IMG/VR virus record: IMGVR_UViG_3300036831_000092
Coordinates: 1 to 58,047 of that record
Length of the DNA: 58,047 nt
Source: a virus
Taxonomy: Duplodnaviria > Caudoviricetes
Direction: 5' to 3' (one strand)
In this document: positions 1 through 10,254 of the stretch, one piece after another
How positions within the stretch are numbered: the stretch's first letter is position 1
Layout of the letters: each line of letters opens with the position of its first letter
Program-made: the position numbers and the translations under genes
The notes under the pieces: model-generated
What the model saw: the letters and a program-made list of their open reading frames with translations, nothing else
Databases searched by the model: none
What the model was told of the DNA's origin: nothing

Positions 1-59
1 CTGGTAGTTACGTGACAATGCGACGCCCATCCCTCAAACGATTTCTTAAATCCTAGTAG

Positions 60-329
60 TCACGTCGTCACCTGCACCCAACTCCTAGTTAGTCCGTCTA
101 CCGCGCGTCTGACCGAAAACCTCACCGTGCGCCCCGCGGCGATTGAAAGAGTCCCGCCCGCAACGTGCCCGCTTGAGTCCGTCGCCAAATCCGGCAGAGC
201 AGTAGCACCGACGCCCGTCGTCGGGTCTGCACCAGTGATGTCATAGACCTTCACCGTCTCGGAAGCGACGGGGTAATCGGTTCCAGAGACGTTAGTCTTG
301 ACATCAAATCCGGGGTAGGTACTCGGCAT
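60..329 (-). CDS. Small tail-associated structural protein
   Basis: Follows tail-tip gene; T/G/A/V-rich beta-type composition; AGAGG RBS. Confidence 0.55.
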   Translation of the reverse strand: MPSTYPGFDVKTNVSGTDYPVASETVKVYDITGADPTTGVGATALPDLATDSSGHVAGGTLSIAAGRTVRFSVRRAVDGLTRSWVQVTT

Positions 330-380
330 CCTCTTCTCTCTAAAAACCGCTCACAGGGCGACTGTGGCTCAATGGCGGCC

Positions 381-2576
381 TCAGTAAGCGCTCACGGCAA
401 ACTGCCCCTCTATCCTGTCACCTGTGTGGGCGAAGGAGACGGGCAGGATAGGCTCTGGAATGTCGCCGGGCCTTCCACCCGGATTTGGATTTCCGCCCGG
501 TACGAAGAGGGGCGGCGGCACGGTTATGTCTTCCATCGTGTTATAGAAATCCTGTGGATAGACCTGAGCCGTAATCTCTACCTTCAGGTCGCCTTTTCTG
601 ACTATTTTCTTCACCCTGAAATACTGATAGGCCGTGCCCAGATTGAGGAGAGCGAAGCGTTGCATCTTCGCGTTTGTGACCTTGATGAGTGAGTACATCC
701 GCACGAAGAGGGCCGAGGCGTACCACGCCGTAAATTTGATTTCTAAATTGTTCTTAATCCCACCCGCATCATTCGGGCCTAAATAGAGCAATAGATTTCC
801 CAGGCGAGCCGCCTCAGAGAAGTTAGTGATTCCGAAGGCGGGTTGCGATTTATTGACGACGCGGATTGAGAGATCGCCGTAAGCTCGTCCGGCCCTGAGC
901 TGCTGCGCCTGATCTCCGAAGATCAACTGTGTTTCGGTTCCACCATTTGCAGCGTCGTCGAAGTTCAAAGTCCACTGGTTCGGCAGGTCGGCATCCGCGG
1001 TCTGCGACCACGTAAGAGTCGAAAGGTTCTTGTCTCTAGTGATGTTTCTATCCGTGCCTTCATCGGTGAAGACCGGGATTAAAGGGTCGGTGATGTCCTC
1101 CTTTTTGATGGGCACGAATACGTCCTTACCCTGAAACTCGAAAGGGACGCCGATTCTCCCGGCGGTGCATAAATCACCGATCTGCTGCTGCGCGGCCCTG
1201 CCCGTGAGTTCCACGTTGCAGGTAGAACGAGTCCCGGTCAGGAGGTTGCCCGCAGGGTCGTGCATCGCTACCGTCTGGTCGCACCATACGCGTGTATCAA
1301 CCACGGATTGCAAATCGTAGCGGGAATAATCATTCCCCAAGCCCCAACGTGGATTAGTGCAGCATTCGAGAATCGCATCCATCCGGTTTGTCGAATACTG
1401 CTTGACGTAAGCAGTAGGACTCGAATAGGTGCGGATATTCTTTAACCCCTGACACTGAATCTGCCCGGTGAGAGAGGCCGCCTGATTATCATTGAAACTC
1501 CCTTGAATGCGCCCGAAGACGTGGGCCGTACCTGAAAATGAGTTGATATTTGGAGAGAAGAAGGTCGGCGACTGACCTAAATCTCCTAGTCTGTAATTAC
1601 TGTGGTCGCTCGTCACATAGACGCCGTTCATATAGAAGTTCCAGAGAGCGACCACCGGCCCCTCGCATACTTCAAAGACCCCGGCCCCGAACCCCTTATC
1701 CGGGTGATTAGTGTTCGTCTCATTGCGATAGGCGAGTAGGGCCAGGGACTTAACGTAGCGAGTGCCGATAACGACGCGAACCGGGTCGGCCAGGTTGGAG
1801 GCGTTCCCCTGTGCCGTCGCCAGCAGGTTCGGCCCCCGCGTCTGATTGTTCTGAATGGGGTCGGGGCGGACATCGAAGCCCGGCCAGTAGTTTTTGGTGA
1901 CGAGGCGGGCGGAGCAGTCGGAGACTTTTGAGCGCGGGCAGGAGGTGAAGCCGGGGACACCGGTACTACCGCCCAGATGGGCGTTATACGGACACCCGCG
2001 AAAATAATCTATCTGCGCCTGAGAAGAGAGCAGAGCGCCGAAGATGAAGACGCAGGAAGTAGCGTGGGGACGGCGAGGCAAGCTCAAATTCGGGCTTCTG
2101 AATCCGGTTGAGCAGGAGAGTTTCAGTGTGGCCTGACTCATCTCCTTCGGCGCTTTGGTGAGACCACGCCACAGACTGAGTAGTAAATCAACCTTCGGCC
2201 AGTAGCCGAAGACCTCGGCGCGGACTCCTTCGCCGTAAGTGGCGACTAACCGGGAGATTTCGCCGTCAATATCGGAGAAAGTAAAGTCAACCGCATCATC
2301 CGCGATGGAAGCCGAGCGGGGCTGCTCGGAAAAAGGCGTGTTCTTAGTGGGGATGAGTGAGACGATGAGTGAAGCATTGAAACCGAGTTGCGCCGTGAGC
2401 GCGGCTGAAAGATTCTCAAACCCCGGCCACGCATCGTAAGGGGCGACTGCATAGACTTTAGTGAGGTCGGGTGAGCCGAAATAGAGCGCCAGCACTTCAG
2501 AGGGACGCCGCTCCGCCGGCGAGAGAGCGGCGAGCGCCGTGAGTTTGGTCTTAATCTGGTCGCTGTAGTCGGGCAT
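381..2576 (-). CDS. Tail tip/hub protein (gpL-like Cys cluster plus gpJ-like region)
   Basis: 731 aa downstream of TMP; C..GCPY..C..C then WPGF resembles lambda gpL/BR0599 Fe-S motif. Confidence 0.7.
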   Translation of the reverse strand: MPDYSDQIKTKLTALAALSPAERRPSEVLALYFGSPDLTKVYAVAPYDAWPGFENLSAALTAQLGFNASLIVSLIPTKNTPFSEQPRSASIADDAVDFTFSDIDGEISRLVATYGEGVRAEVFGYWPKVDLLLSLWRGLTKAPKEMSQATLKLSCSTGFRSPNLSLPRRPHATSCVFIFGALLSSQAQIDYFRGCPYNAHLGGSTGVPGFTSCPRSKVSDCSARLVTKNYWPGFDVRPDPIQNNQTRGPNLLATAQGNASNLADPVRVVIGTRYVKSLALLAYRNETNTNHPDKGFGAGVFEVCEGPVVALWNFYMNGVYVTSDHSNYRLGDLGQSPTFFSPNINSFSGTAHVFGRIQGSFNDNQAASLTGQIQCQGLKNIRTYSSPTAYVKQYSTNRMDAILECCTNPRWGLGNDYSRYDLQSVVDTRVWCDQTVAMHDPAGNLLTGTRSTCNVELTGRAAQQQIGDLCTAGRIGVPFEFQGKDVFVPIKKEDITDPLIPVFTDEGTDRNITRDKNLSTLTWSQTADADLPNQWTLNFDDAANGGTETQLIFGDQAQQLRAGRAYGDLSIRVVNKSQPAFGITNFSEAARLGNLLLYLGPNDAGGIKNNLEIKFTAWYASALFVRMYSLIKVTNAKMQRFALLNLGTAYQYFRVKKIVRKGDLKVEITAQVYPQDFYNTMEDITVPPPLFVPGGNPNPGGRPGDIPEPILPVSFAHTGDRIEGQFAVSAY

Positions 2577-3041
2577 CTATACTCGCGCCGGGTTCAAATC
2601 CGCATCCCCTATTGAGCCGTCGGGCAGGAAATTCATCTGTTTGACATAGACCTGTCTGATGGATAGCCCCGTCGTGGCTAAAAACCTGTTTACGGCGGTT
2701 AAGTCCAGCGTGTCGTCTGTGAACTCCCACACGTAGAGTTTTTCAGGGAGCGGGGGCGGGACTCTCATCACGAAAGGACGCCGCCCCGCGTCCATCGCCG
2801 AACGATAAAACGTCCAGATATAGGTGAGCCGATCAACAGGCACGCCGTTCTCGCCTGCGGTGTTCACCCGGCTATGAAGCGCCGGGTAATTAAGCTTGGC
2901 CGTCATCAGGCCGGGGAAAATTACCTCAGTCTCCGAGTATCCTCCACCATATTCAGCACGAAGGTATGAGGCTGAATAATCAACCCCGATGGTGACACCG
3001 AAATTTCCTCTGTACCGGAGTTCAGGGAATGGGTAGCTCAT
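2577..3041 (-). CDS. Minor/distal tail protein (gpM-like)
   Basis: Directly after TMP with ATGA overlap; 'YGGGYSE' near N-terminus. Confidence 0.6.
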   Translation of the reverse strand: MSYPFPELRYRGNFGVTIGVDYSASYLRAEYGGGYSETEVIFPGLMTAKLNYPALHSRVNTAGENGVPVDRLTYIWTFYRSAMDAGRRPFVMRVPPPLPEKLYVWEFTDDTLDLTAVNRFLATTGLSIRQVYVKQMNFLPDGSIGDADLNPARV

Positions 3042-6000
3042 TGCGCGAATCCGTAATTTCTCAGCATCGTCTGGTTAAAATCGTGATTCTCACCCGAATG
3101 ACTAACGACCGCGGCACCAATCGCCTCTCGCGCATCATGCGCGCCGACGGTGACGACATCCCCTGCGGGCATGGATTGAAGGCGACCGACTGCGGCGGTG
3201 TTGCGCTCCAGCGCCATGATGAGTTTCGTGTTCATCAGGCCGATGCCGGATGAGCCGGTGCCTTGATTTTGGTTGTAAACAAAGGGCGCATATTGCGGTG
3301 CGGTCGGTTGATTCTGTCCGCCGCCGCTTGCATAACTTCCTGCTCCCTGCGACTGCCCCGCCGAGTTAAGAGCACCGCCAAAAGCCGCCCGCCCCACTAA
3401 AGCGCCACCTGCTGAGACTGCGGCAACGATTCCATAAAAATGCGCCGCGGCAAAATGTAACGCTGCGGTGGCCGGGTCTAATGCTGCCAAAGAAGCGTAC
3501 CCGGCTGCCGTTTCCATTAACGCTTTAACGAATGCTTCAGCCGCAAGATGAGCGAGAGTAGCGATGAGCATCTGTTCTAGCGCCTTGACTGATAGACTAC
3601 CTGTCGTCAGGAAGGCTTCGAGCATGGAACCCAAGCCCTGCACGATATTGCCGAACGCGCCCGAAAGCATGGTATCCATGTTCCCGGCGCTCTCGCTCAT
3701 CTTCGAGAAAGCATCTTCGGCGGTGACTGCTACAGAATAGAGATGGGCCTTGAAATCTGTAATCGGCTTCCCGGCTTTTTCCGCTGCGTCTTTTATTGCG
3801 GTGAATGAGTCGGCGTACTTGTCGCCAAACCGCGAGCGCTGTGAAGATGGGTCGGCGCGGTCGAGCGTATCCTCTTCGTCATTTTTGGTCTTCTCTTTGG
3901 TCGCCCTGTAGTGAGCCTCCAGCGCGTCCAGTTGACGCTTTAAAGCTTTGATCTTCGTGTCAAGTTCGTCAGCCTGCTTCAGAAGTTCCTGAGCACCGGC
4001 GGTATCCCCGCGCTCCTCAAGCAGTTGGGCCTCTTCACGCAAAAACTTCCGTCGCGCTTCTAATAATCCTTTCTCGTTCTCAAGACCCCTCTTCGCCTGT
4101 TCGTAGCTCTGCGCTTCTGCCGCGCGCTGAATCTCAAACTGCTTCTTGATGATCTCTTCGCGTGTGGCTAAGAGGCGATTACTGCCGCTGATAATTACGG
4201 CCTCCTCTTTACTGGTCAGCTTGGCGAGGTTGTCCAAGTGCTCATTCGCTGCATCCGTATCTTTTTGGTCGGCCTCTTCGACTGCTGTACTAATACTGAG
4301 CTTGAGGTCACTCACCTTGTTATCAAGCTCTTTAATATGCGCCGTGGTTTCCCGTAGATGCTTATTCGCCTCAACTACGTTACTTTCACTGATACTAACC
4401 AAGTCGCGTAGCCCTGCCTGCTCCTCTTCCGGCTTCCCCTGTGCTTTCGCGTTGGCAAGGTCGCGCTGGTATCCTTCAAGTTTCGCCTGAAAATCTTTCA
4501 GATGGCCGCGCTCTACCTCCGCAAGTTGCTCCTCGCCGCGTCTCTCAAGATCAAGAAGCCCCAGCGCGTCGCGCTTTAGTTCCACGTTGTAGAAACGCTG
4601 GCGCTCTAACCTTTCCTCGACGAGTCGGTTTCTCTCAGCTTCGGCGCTTCGCTCAAACTCGACCTGAAGCTTAGTCAGGTCTTCAATGGTGGCCGCGCCT
4701 TTTTTCAGATCGTCGAAACGCTGCTTGATATTTGCCAGTTCTGCCGCTCGCCCCTGTTCCTGAAGTTTGTCAATCTCCTCTCGATACGCGCGCAGGTTTT
4801 CAATGTCCTTCAATCTGGCTTGTGACACTCGCCGGAAGGCGTCTTCCTCGAAAGAGACGCGCTCCTGTGCTTGTCTGGCTATCTTATCGTTGACCTTCTG
4901 CCGCTCCTCGGCGTTCTTTCCGGCTTGAGCCAATTCCGCCTGAAGAAGCTGGTCACGGCGATCCATCCCGGCACGCTCAATAGAAAGGACGGTGGATTCG
5001 GTCTGCTCGGCTGCCGCCACGCGCCCCTTTGCAGCATCCTGAATTGAGGCAATCAGAGCCTTGTCGCGAACGTCGTAAATATCCAGTAAGGCTTTATGAT
5101 GAGCGTCCAGAGCGTCGCGCTCTTTCTTCTGGGCCTCAAGATTTAATTGCTCAATGGTCTTATGAAAGACGGTATAAGCTTCACGCTGTTTGGCGAAGTT
5201 GTCGGCTAATTTGACCACCTTATCCCGGCCCGTCAGTTCGCTTTGGTCTATCTCGTCGCGCTCGGCCTGGAGGATTGAGAGTTGCGATTCAAGCAACTTC
5301 TGTGCGCTTCGCTGTTGTTCTGAAACAAACTCGCGGAGCGAAATTGTTCTGGCTTCATAGCTCCGCCGCTCATCGGCCTCCTGCTCCTGTAATGTGCGCT
5401 GCTGCTCGCGGGCGGTCGTGGTGAGCACTTGCAGGCGTGCTTTGGCATCCTCCTGCGCGTTTTTCAATGCCTCCTTTTCCGTTTTCTTTCTCTCTCGCTC
5501 ATCTGCCGCTGAAGTGTCTTGTGAGAGCGGGGCCAGTCGAGATCGTTGACGTGCTTTCTCTGCTGCGGCGTCCTTTCTTTGGCGTTCATCTGCCGCTAAA
5601 TCGCTCTCTAAGGTATGAGCAAAAGGACTTGCGCCGAACACACCGCCCAGTAAGTTGGCGGCCAAAAGTAAGGTGTCAACGTAGCTCGTTAACACCACGC
5701 GCGTTTTCTCAAGTTCCTCCCTGTAACGAGCCGTCGCGGCGGCTTCTTTTGGAGAGAAAAGGCTGGAGATTCCCTGCCAAATCAGTGTGATTACCTCGAC
5801 AAGGCTGTAGGCCAAATTGATGATCGGCGTGAGAAGCATCTGTATTAAGCCAAACGCACCGACCAGCACGCCGCCGATGAGGTCTGCAAGTCTTCGCGCA
5901 GAGTCTAAAATTATCTCTATCCATTCGACGACTCCGGGCGCGGAAGAGGCCACTTCTTCACGATTGTCTTTGACTGCTTTAGTTAAATTCTCAATCTGAT

Positions 6001-7123
6001 AAGTGACTTCCTCAAATAATTGTTTACCTATCGAAAGCTTCAGTCCTTCCCACGCAGTAGAGAGATCGGCTACGGAAACTTCCAAATCGTGGGCCTGCTT
6101 TGCCGTCTTCAAGTCCCACAACTCGCCTAATTCAGCGGCGCGCTTCATCACGTCGCCGAAACTTCCCTTTAGAGCATCAAGAACCGGAATAAGCTGATCG
6201 CCGCCCTTACCGAGTAGCGTTATCGCAACCTGGTTTCTGTCGGCGGTCGGGCCAATCTCACTCCACGCTTTGATGAGAGCTTCTACGGCAGCTTGAGGAT
6301 TGCCGCGAAGCTCTGACGCCTTGATACCCAGCTCCGATAATTCAAGTCTGAGCTTTTTGTTTCCAAGCGCCGCGTTATCTAGATTCTTCAGATAGCGATC
6401 AATGGCCGAGACGCCAACGCTAAACTCAACATGATTCTCTTTCATGGCGACCCGAATGCCGGAAAGAGATTCAGTTGAGAGTTGGGTCTTCAAATGCGCT
6501 CGGTAAATCTCATCGCCCCAACTCGCGGCGTCGGTGGTGAGTTTGACGAGTGCCGCTCCGGTAGCGATTGCGCCCCCAACGAGAATTGCCAGGCCCGCGA
6601 CAGCAGCTCCGATTGGGGCGACCATCGAAGAGAAACTTTCGCTCACGGCCTTCGACTGCTGCTCAAGGGCCGTGAGTTCCGTCCCCGCCTTCTTTAGTTC
6701 TGGAAAGAGCTGAGTACCGAGCGTAAAGCCGAACTCACCGATGGCAGCACGGAGCTTTTCGGCGTCAGTCTTAAGCGTATTGAAGCTCTTGGTAAAATCG
6801 ACGATCTCGGTCTTTGACTTGCCCGTCTGTGACGCCAGGCTCTCGACGGTCTTGCCAAGACTTTTCGCGGCGGCTTCCACCTCCAGGGCAGACGGCCTGA
6901 TGCTCAGGAGTGAGTTGACGAAAAGGCGCGTGGATTGTCCAGCGAGGCCGAAAGAGCTTGAGGCGCTGCGCTCTATCTGAGAAAAGGTGTTGCCGAACAG
7001 GGAGGAGAGTTGATTTATCTCGGCCCGCGTGGAAGCCCCGAACGAGGAGAGTGCGGAGCGCGCCGGCCCTGCGTCCGCCACCAGTCTGAACAGGAGTTCT
7101 ACAGTCGAGCCGGCCACACTCAC
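3038..7123 (-). CDS. Tape measure protein
   Basis: 1361 aa, Ala/Glu/Lys coiled coil with hydrophobic segments, after tail chaperone. Confidence 0.9.
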   Translation of the reverse strand: MSVAGSTVELLFRLVADAGPARSALSSFGASTRAEINQLSSLFGNTFSQIERSASSSFGLAGQSTRLFVNSLLSIRPSALEVEAAAKSLGKTVESLASQTGKSKTEIVDFTKSFNTLKTDAEKLRAAIGEFGFTLGTQLFPELKKAGTELTALEQQSKAVSESFSSMVAPIGAAVAGLAILVGGAIATGAALVKLTTDAASWGDEIYRAHLKTQLSTESLSGIRVAMKENHVEFSVGVSAIDRYLKNLDNAALGNKKLRLELSELGIKASELRGNPQAAVEALIKAWSEIGPTADRNQVAITLLGKGGDQLIPVLDALKGSFGDVMKRAAELGELWDLKTAKQAHDLEVSVADLSTAWEGLKLSIGKQLFEEVTYQIENLTKAVKDNREEVASSAPGVVEWIEIILDSARRLADLIGGVLVGAFGLIQMLLTPIINLAYSLVEVITLIWQGISSLFSPKEAAATARYREELEKTRVVLTSYVDTLLLAANLLGGVFGASPFAHTLESDLAADERQRKDAAAEKARQRSRLAPLSQDTSAADERERKKTEKEALKNAQEDAKARLQVLTTTAREQQRTLQEQEADERRSYEARTISLREFVSEQQRSAQKLLESQLSILQAERDEIDQSELTGRDKVVKLADNFAKQREAYTVFHKTIEQLNLEAQKKERDALDAHHKALLDIYDVRDKALIASIQDAAKGRVAAAEQTESTVLSIERAGMDRRDQLLQAELAQAGKNAEERQKVNDKIARQAQERVSFEEDAFRRVSQARLKDIENLRAYREEIDKLQEQGRAAELANIKQRFDDLKKGAATIEDLTKLQVEFERSAEAERNRLVEERLERQRFYNVELKRDALGLLDLERRGEEQLAEVERGHLKDFQAKLEGYQRDLANAKAQGKPEEEQAGLRDLVSISESNVVEANKHLRETTAHIKELDNKVSDLKLSISTAVEEADQKDTDAANEHLDNLAKLTSKEEAVIISGSNRLLATREEIIKKQFEIQRAAEAQSYEQAKRGLENEKGLLEARRKFLREEAQLLEERGDTAGAQELLKQADELDTKIKALKRQLDALEAHYRATKEKTKNDEEDTLDRADPSSQRSRFGDKYADSFTAIKDAAEKAGKPITDFKAHLYSVAVTAEDAFSKMSESAGNMDTMLSGAFGNIVQGLGSMLEAFLTTGSLSVKALEQMLIATLAHLAAEAFVKALMETAAGYASLAALDPATAALHFAAAHFYGIVAAVSAGGALVGRAAFGGALNSAGQSQGAGSYASGGGQNQPTAPQYAPFVYNQNQGTGSSGIGLMNTKLIMALERNTAAVGRLQSMPAGDVVTVGAHDAREAIGAAVVSHSGENHDFNQTMLRNYGFAQ

Positions 7124-7314
7124 TCTTCCTTCTTCCCGAACGCCTCAAGCAATGCGCGGACGGGATGGGGGTCAACTATCCGAGCCACTTCATCGGCTGT
7201 AAGGTCTACGGCTAAAGCGATCACTTCATCGGCCAGCAGGAGCCTTGCGCTGACGCGCCCGCCGAGCCTTACTTCCATTCTTGCCAGTGCCGCGAATGCG
7301 GGACTTAGAACGAA
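7120..7314 (-). CDS. Putative +1 frameshift extension of tail assembly chaperone (gpT-like)
   Basis: +1 frame open from AAC TTT CGT (7318-7310) to a TGA overlapping the TMP GTG start. Confidence 0.6.
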   Translation of the reverse strand, partial: FVLSPAFAALARMEVRLGGRVSARLLLADEVIALAVDLTADEVARIVDPHPVRALLEAFGKKEE

Positions 7315-7789
7315 AGTTCTCGACGGTCGAAACCGTCGTCCCTTTCCCGTCCGTTGTCTTCACTGGCACGTTAGGGCAACCCGCTACCACCCACGCGACG
7401 ATGAATGAGAAGTCTTTTTCGGGTATGGCGGCGGGGCTGATCTCGTCGGGGTTGTTCGGGTCGGCGTCGAGCGTGATGCGCGGGTAAACGACGGCATACT
7501 GAACGGCGTTACGCATGAAGGTGAGTGCGCGCTGCATCTGCGCCGGGTCTTCGGTCAGGGCTTCGGCAACCGCCGCCTGCTTTTGCGCGGTCGTCCCTGC
7601 GCTGCCGAACGCCTCCTGCGCTTTGTTGATAAATTCAATCGGTATTGCGCCGGAAACAAGCCACATCTCAAGGGGCGGTCTGGTCGCCTTGACGACAAAG
7701 CCGGAAGGCAATTCAAGGTCAACGATGTCGGCCTCTTCAGGTTTATTTGCGAGCGCACGCCAGGCAGCGGCGTTGTTGGCTTGATTCAT
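7226..7789 (-). CDS. Tail assembly chaperone (gpG-like)
   Basis: Between tail tube gene and TMP; GGAG RBS. Confidence 0.75.
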   Translation of the reverse strand: MNQANNAAAWRALANKPEEADIVDLELPSGFVVKATRPPLEMWLVSGAIPIEFINKAQEAFGSAGTTAQKQAAVAEALTEDPAQMQRALTFMRNAVQYAVVYPRITLDADPNNPDEISPAAIPEKDFSFIVAWVVAGCPNVPVKTTDGKGTTVSTVENFRSKSRIRGTGKNGSKARRARQRKAPAGR

Positions 7790-7897
7790 GTTTCACTCCA
7801 AAATAGTATAGGCCCGGCGCGCAGAACTTTCGTTCTACAAGCCGGGCCTACAAGAAGCCACGCTAGGGCTAAGGATTAAGTTTTACCGACGCGGGGA

Positions 7898-7925
7898 ATT
7901 ATAGCACTTCTGGGTTAGAGCGCAA
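7898..7925 (-). promoter_or_regulatory. Sigma70-like promoter upstream of chaperone/TMP
   Basis: TTGCGC-N16-TATAAT with TG extension. Confidence 0.5.
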
Positions 7926-7928
7926 TAA

Positions 7929-8585
7929 CTATTTCAGCACATCCGCCCCTTGTCGGTTGTCCATCTTTCTACTAATAAGTTGAATGAAGTCAATCTTGCC
8001 GGGGAACGATCCCGTATCGTCGCGCACGCCCATGCTTCCTTTCAAGGCAGCGCCTAAACTTACATTGCTCACCAGAGCGTCAACGCGGACGCGCTCTGTC
8101 ACGGCGATTAACTGATACACGCTGGGATAGGTTTTGGGGTACACCCTTCCCTGATTGCGTTCATAATCCTGCGGGGAGAAGGATTCGTCCAAACCGCTCA
8201 CCTTCGGCTGAAAGGTTAGCCCGTATATATTGCTTATTGCGTTCGCGGAAATACCCTTCTCTAAATTCAGTTGAATCAATAGAAGCTTGTCGCCAATGAA
8301 AGTAAGTTCAACCTTTTTCATTCCCGCCACATTCTTAAATGTAAGTTGGCGCGTTTCCTCTTTATTTAGCCTGTCGCTCGCCGCCCTGCCGACGTTGTAA
8401 ACGCGAAGGTGTCCAGACTTGTCGTTTGCGGGTGTTCCTAGTTCCTTGATGGCGTCATCCGGCGTGCTTTGATCGAGAATAAGGTTGTGCCACCTGTCGG
8501 GCTTAGGTGAGTCTTGGTCTTGTGCGTAAGCTGGAGCGGTGGCGAGAAGTGCAAGCGCGAGCAGTAAGGTTCTCATGCGCGGCAT
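7929..8585 (-). CDS. Secreted moron-like protein in tail operon
   Basis: Sec signal peptide MRTLLLALALLATAPAYA. Confidence 0.7.
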   Translation of the reverse strand: MPRMRTLLLALALLATAPAYAQDQDSPKPDRWHNLILDQSTPDDAIKELGTPANDKSGHLRVYNVGRAASDRLNKEETRQLTFKNVAGMKKVELTFIGDKLLLIQLNLEKGISANAISNIYGLTFQPKVSGLDESFSPQDYERNQGRVYPKTYPSVYQLIAVTERVRVDALVSNVSLGAALKGSMGVRDDTGSFPGKIDFIQLISRKMDNRQGADVLK

Positions 8586-8623
8586 GGTAAGTGCCGCGCC
8601 ACCATTACGTCAAGGTTTCGGCT

Positions 8624-8848
8624 TCAGTTGTCCCTTTCTTTCACCTTCCTGACGTAAGCAATCGCGACCTCCAGGGCTTCAATCGGTATGGCGTTCGGGT
8701 GCTTGCCCCCGCCATGCTTGGAGAGTGTCCGCAGTCCTTCGGCACTCAGAACATTAAAGGGTAGGTGGCAAAAGGCGCAGAGGAATTTGACCTCCGCGCC
8801 TTCTATTTGAAAAACAGAGCCGAAACAATCGTGAGCTTTTAGCTTCAA
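8624..8848 (-). CDS. Small hypothetical protein (CxxC)
   Basis: TTG start overlapping tube gene stop (TTGA). Confidence 0.45.
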   Translation of the reverse strand: MKLKAHDCFGSVFQIEGAEVKFLCAFCHLPFNVLSAEGLRTLSKHGGGKHPNAIPIEALEVAIAYVRKVKERDN

Positions 8849-9450
8849 GCCGTAGTCTCGTACACCATGAACGTTTTTCCGTCCGTGCGTCCAGCGGGTC
8901 GCGCCACCATGTCGAGGGCCGTCACGTTCCATTTCTTCGCCAGCGTCAGATCGAGCTTGCCGACGTTCTTCGCCGCATACACGATGATGACCTGAAACTT
9001 CGTGGCATCGTTAGGAAGGGGCGAGACAACGGCGACCGGGATGAGGATGTAAGATTGTACGGCACTGTCCGAAATACCCTTCCATCCAGTCCCCGCTTGC
9101 GCCGAGAGGCCGGGTGCGAGCGCGGCGAGGTTGTCGTAATCCCTCACCTGTAAAATCTTGGTGGTGAGATGCACGTCCTGCGTCAGGTAGGCGTCACCTA
9201 TCGGCTCAGACTCCTGGTCAACCGGCAGGTCTTCAAAGGTCGGCGTGCGTGAGAGCATGAAGCCGTCCTGACTGTAGCCGACGTTTCGCGCGTTCGGGTG
9301 AGGCGGCGTCACGCCGCTATTCAGGAGCGACCCATCGGGCTGGAGTGTAATCGTCCCGTCGGCGTTGATTGTCGGGCTAATCCAGAACTCGGCCTTGACG
9401 CCGCGCATCACCGCCGCGATGTTGTGGTTGATTCCGGTCGGAGCAGGCAT
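8845..9450 (-). CDS. Major tail (tube) protein
   Basis: 201 aa; 'VGYSQDG' and 'VDQ' motifs; position; GAGGAG RBS. Confidence 0.75.
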   Translation of the reverse strand: MPAPTGINHNIAAVMRGVKAEFWISPTINADGTITLQPDGSLLNSGVTPPHPNARNVGYSQDGFMLSRTPTFEDLPVDQESEPIGDAYLTQDVHLTTKILQVRDYDNLAALAPGLSAQAGTGWKGISDSAVQSYILIPVAVVSPLPNDATKFQVIIVYAAKNVGKLDLTLAKKWNVTALDMVARPAGRTDGKTFMVYETTA

Positions 9451-9494
9451 AGTATTTTCTCCTCGCTTTCAGGGCTTCACCCGCAGAGGCGGTT

Positions 9495-9737
9495 TTATTT
9501 ACTCAACTTCTTGGAATTGATTGCAGGGCGGTAGTTCGGCGTGGCCTTCAGATAGTTCACGTCATACCCGTTCTCTCCCGCCGCCTTCAACCACGTCTTC
9601 TCGTCAACCGCTTGACCATCCACGTAGAACTTCGGCTCGGCCTTGACCTGATCGGCCTTCGAGTCGGAATCAAGAGGTCGAGTCCCGCTCTGCCCGCCGC
9701 CCGCTGCACCTGTCTGATTTGTGTCGCCTTCCGCCAT
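9495..9737 (-). CDS. Small virion-region hypothetical protein
   Basis: GGAGG RBS before ATG 9737. Confidence 0.55.
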   Translation of the reverse strand: MAEGDTNQTGAAGGGQSGTRPLDSDSKADQVKAEPKFYVDGQAVDEKTWLKAAGENGYDVNYLKATPNYRPAINSKKLSK

Positions 9738-9741
9738 GTTT

Positions 9742-10254
9742 CTAAGCCTCCGTCTGACTGAATACCAACGTGCCTCCCACCGCCCTGATGTTGCGCTGGC
9801 CGGTGAGGACGTTCCGACCTGGAACCCACTCCGGTATGTCAACGTCAACCAAACCCTGAACCTCCGGCGGGAATCCGTCGAGCAATGCCGCGCGATCTCC
9901 ACTCCCCCAAGTGGCCGCCGTGCGGATGATGGAGTCCACGACCCGGCTACGCTTAAAGAGCTTCTTCAAAAGCGCGTCGCGGTCGGGGTCTTCGTCCGCG
10001 ATGGCGATTAAGAACTCCGAAGACGAGTAGATCAGTTGTCCTTCCTCATTCTTTATCCCGTAGGTGCGCTTCCATTCGACTGTAAGACAGGCGAAATTCG
10101 CATCCGCGGGAACGGTCTGCGTGAAGTCCTCGAAAGGCGGGACGGCTTCACCCAAGACATCCTGCGAAGCCTCTACCCACCTTAGCTTGACGAGCGCCAA
10201 CACGTTCGCGGGCGCGGTCATCGCAAAGGTCGTGTCGAAGGCGGATTCAAACAT
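9742..10254 (-). CDS. Tail terminator/completion protein
   Basis: Size and position upstream of tube gene. Confidence 0.55.
   Translation of the reverse strand: MFESAFDTTFAMTAPANVLALVKLRWVEASQDVLGEAVPPFEDFTQTVPADANFACLTVEWKRTYGIKNEEGQLIYSSSEFLIAIADEDPDRDALLKKLFKRSRVVDSIIRTAATWGSGDRAALLDGFPPEVQGLVDVDIPEWVPGRNVLTGQRNIRAVGGTLVFSQTEA

Noticed and set aside
1-7123. Diversity-generating retroelement or invertible tail cassette
   Set aside because: No reverse transcriptase, invertase or TR/VR repeat pair noticed in the window
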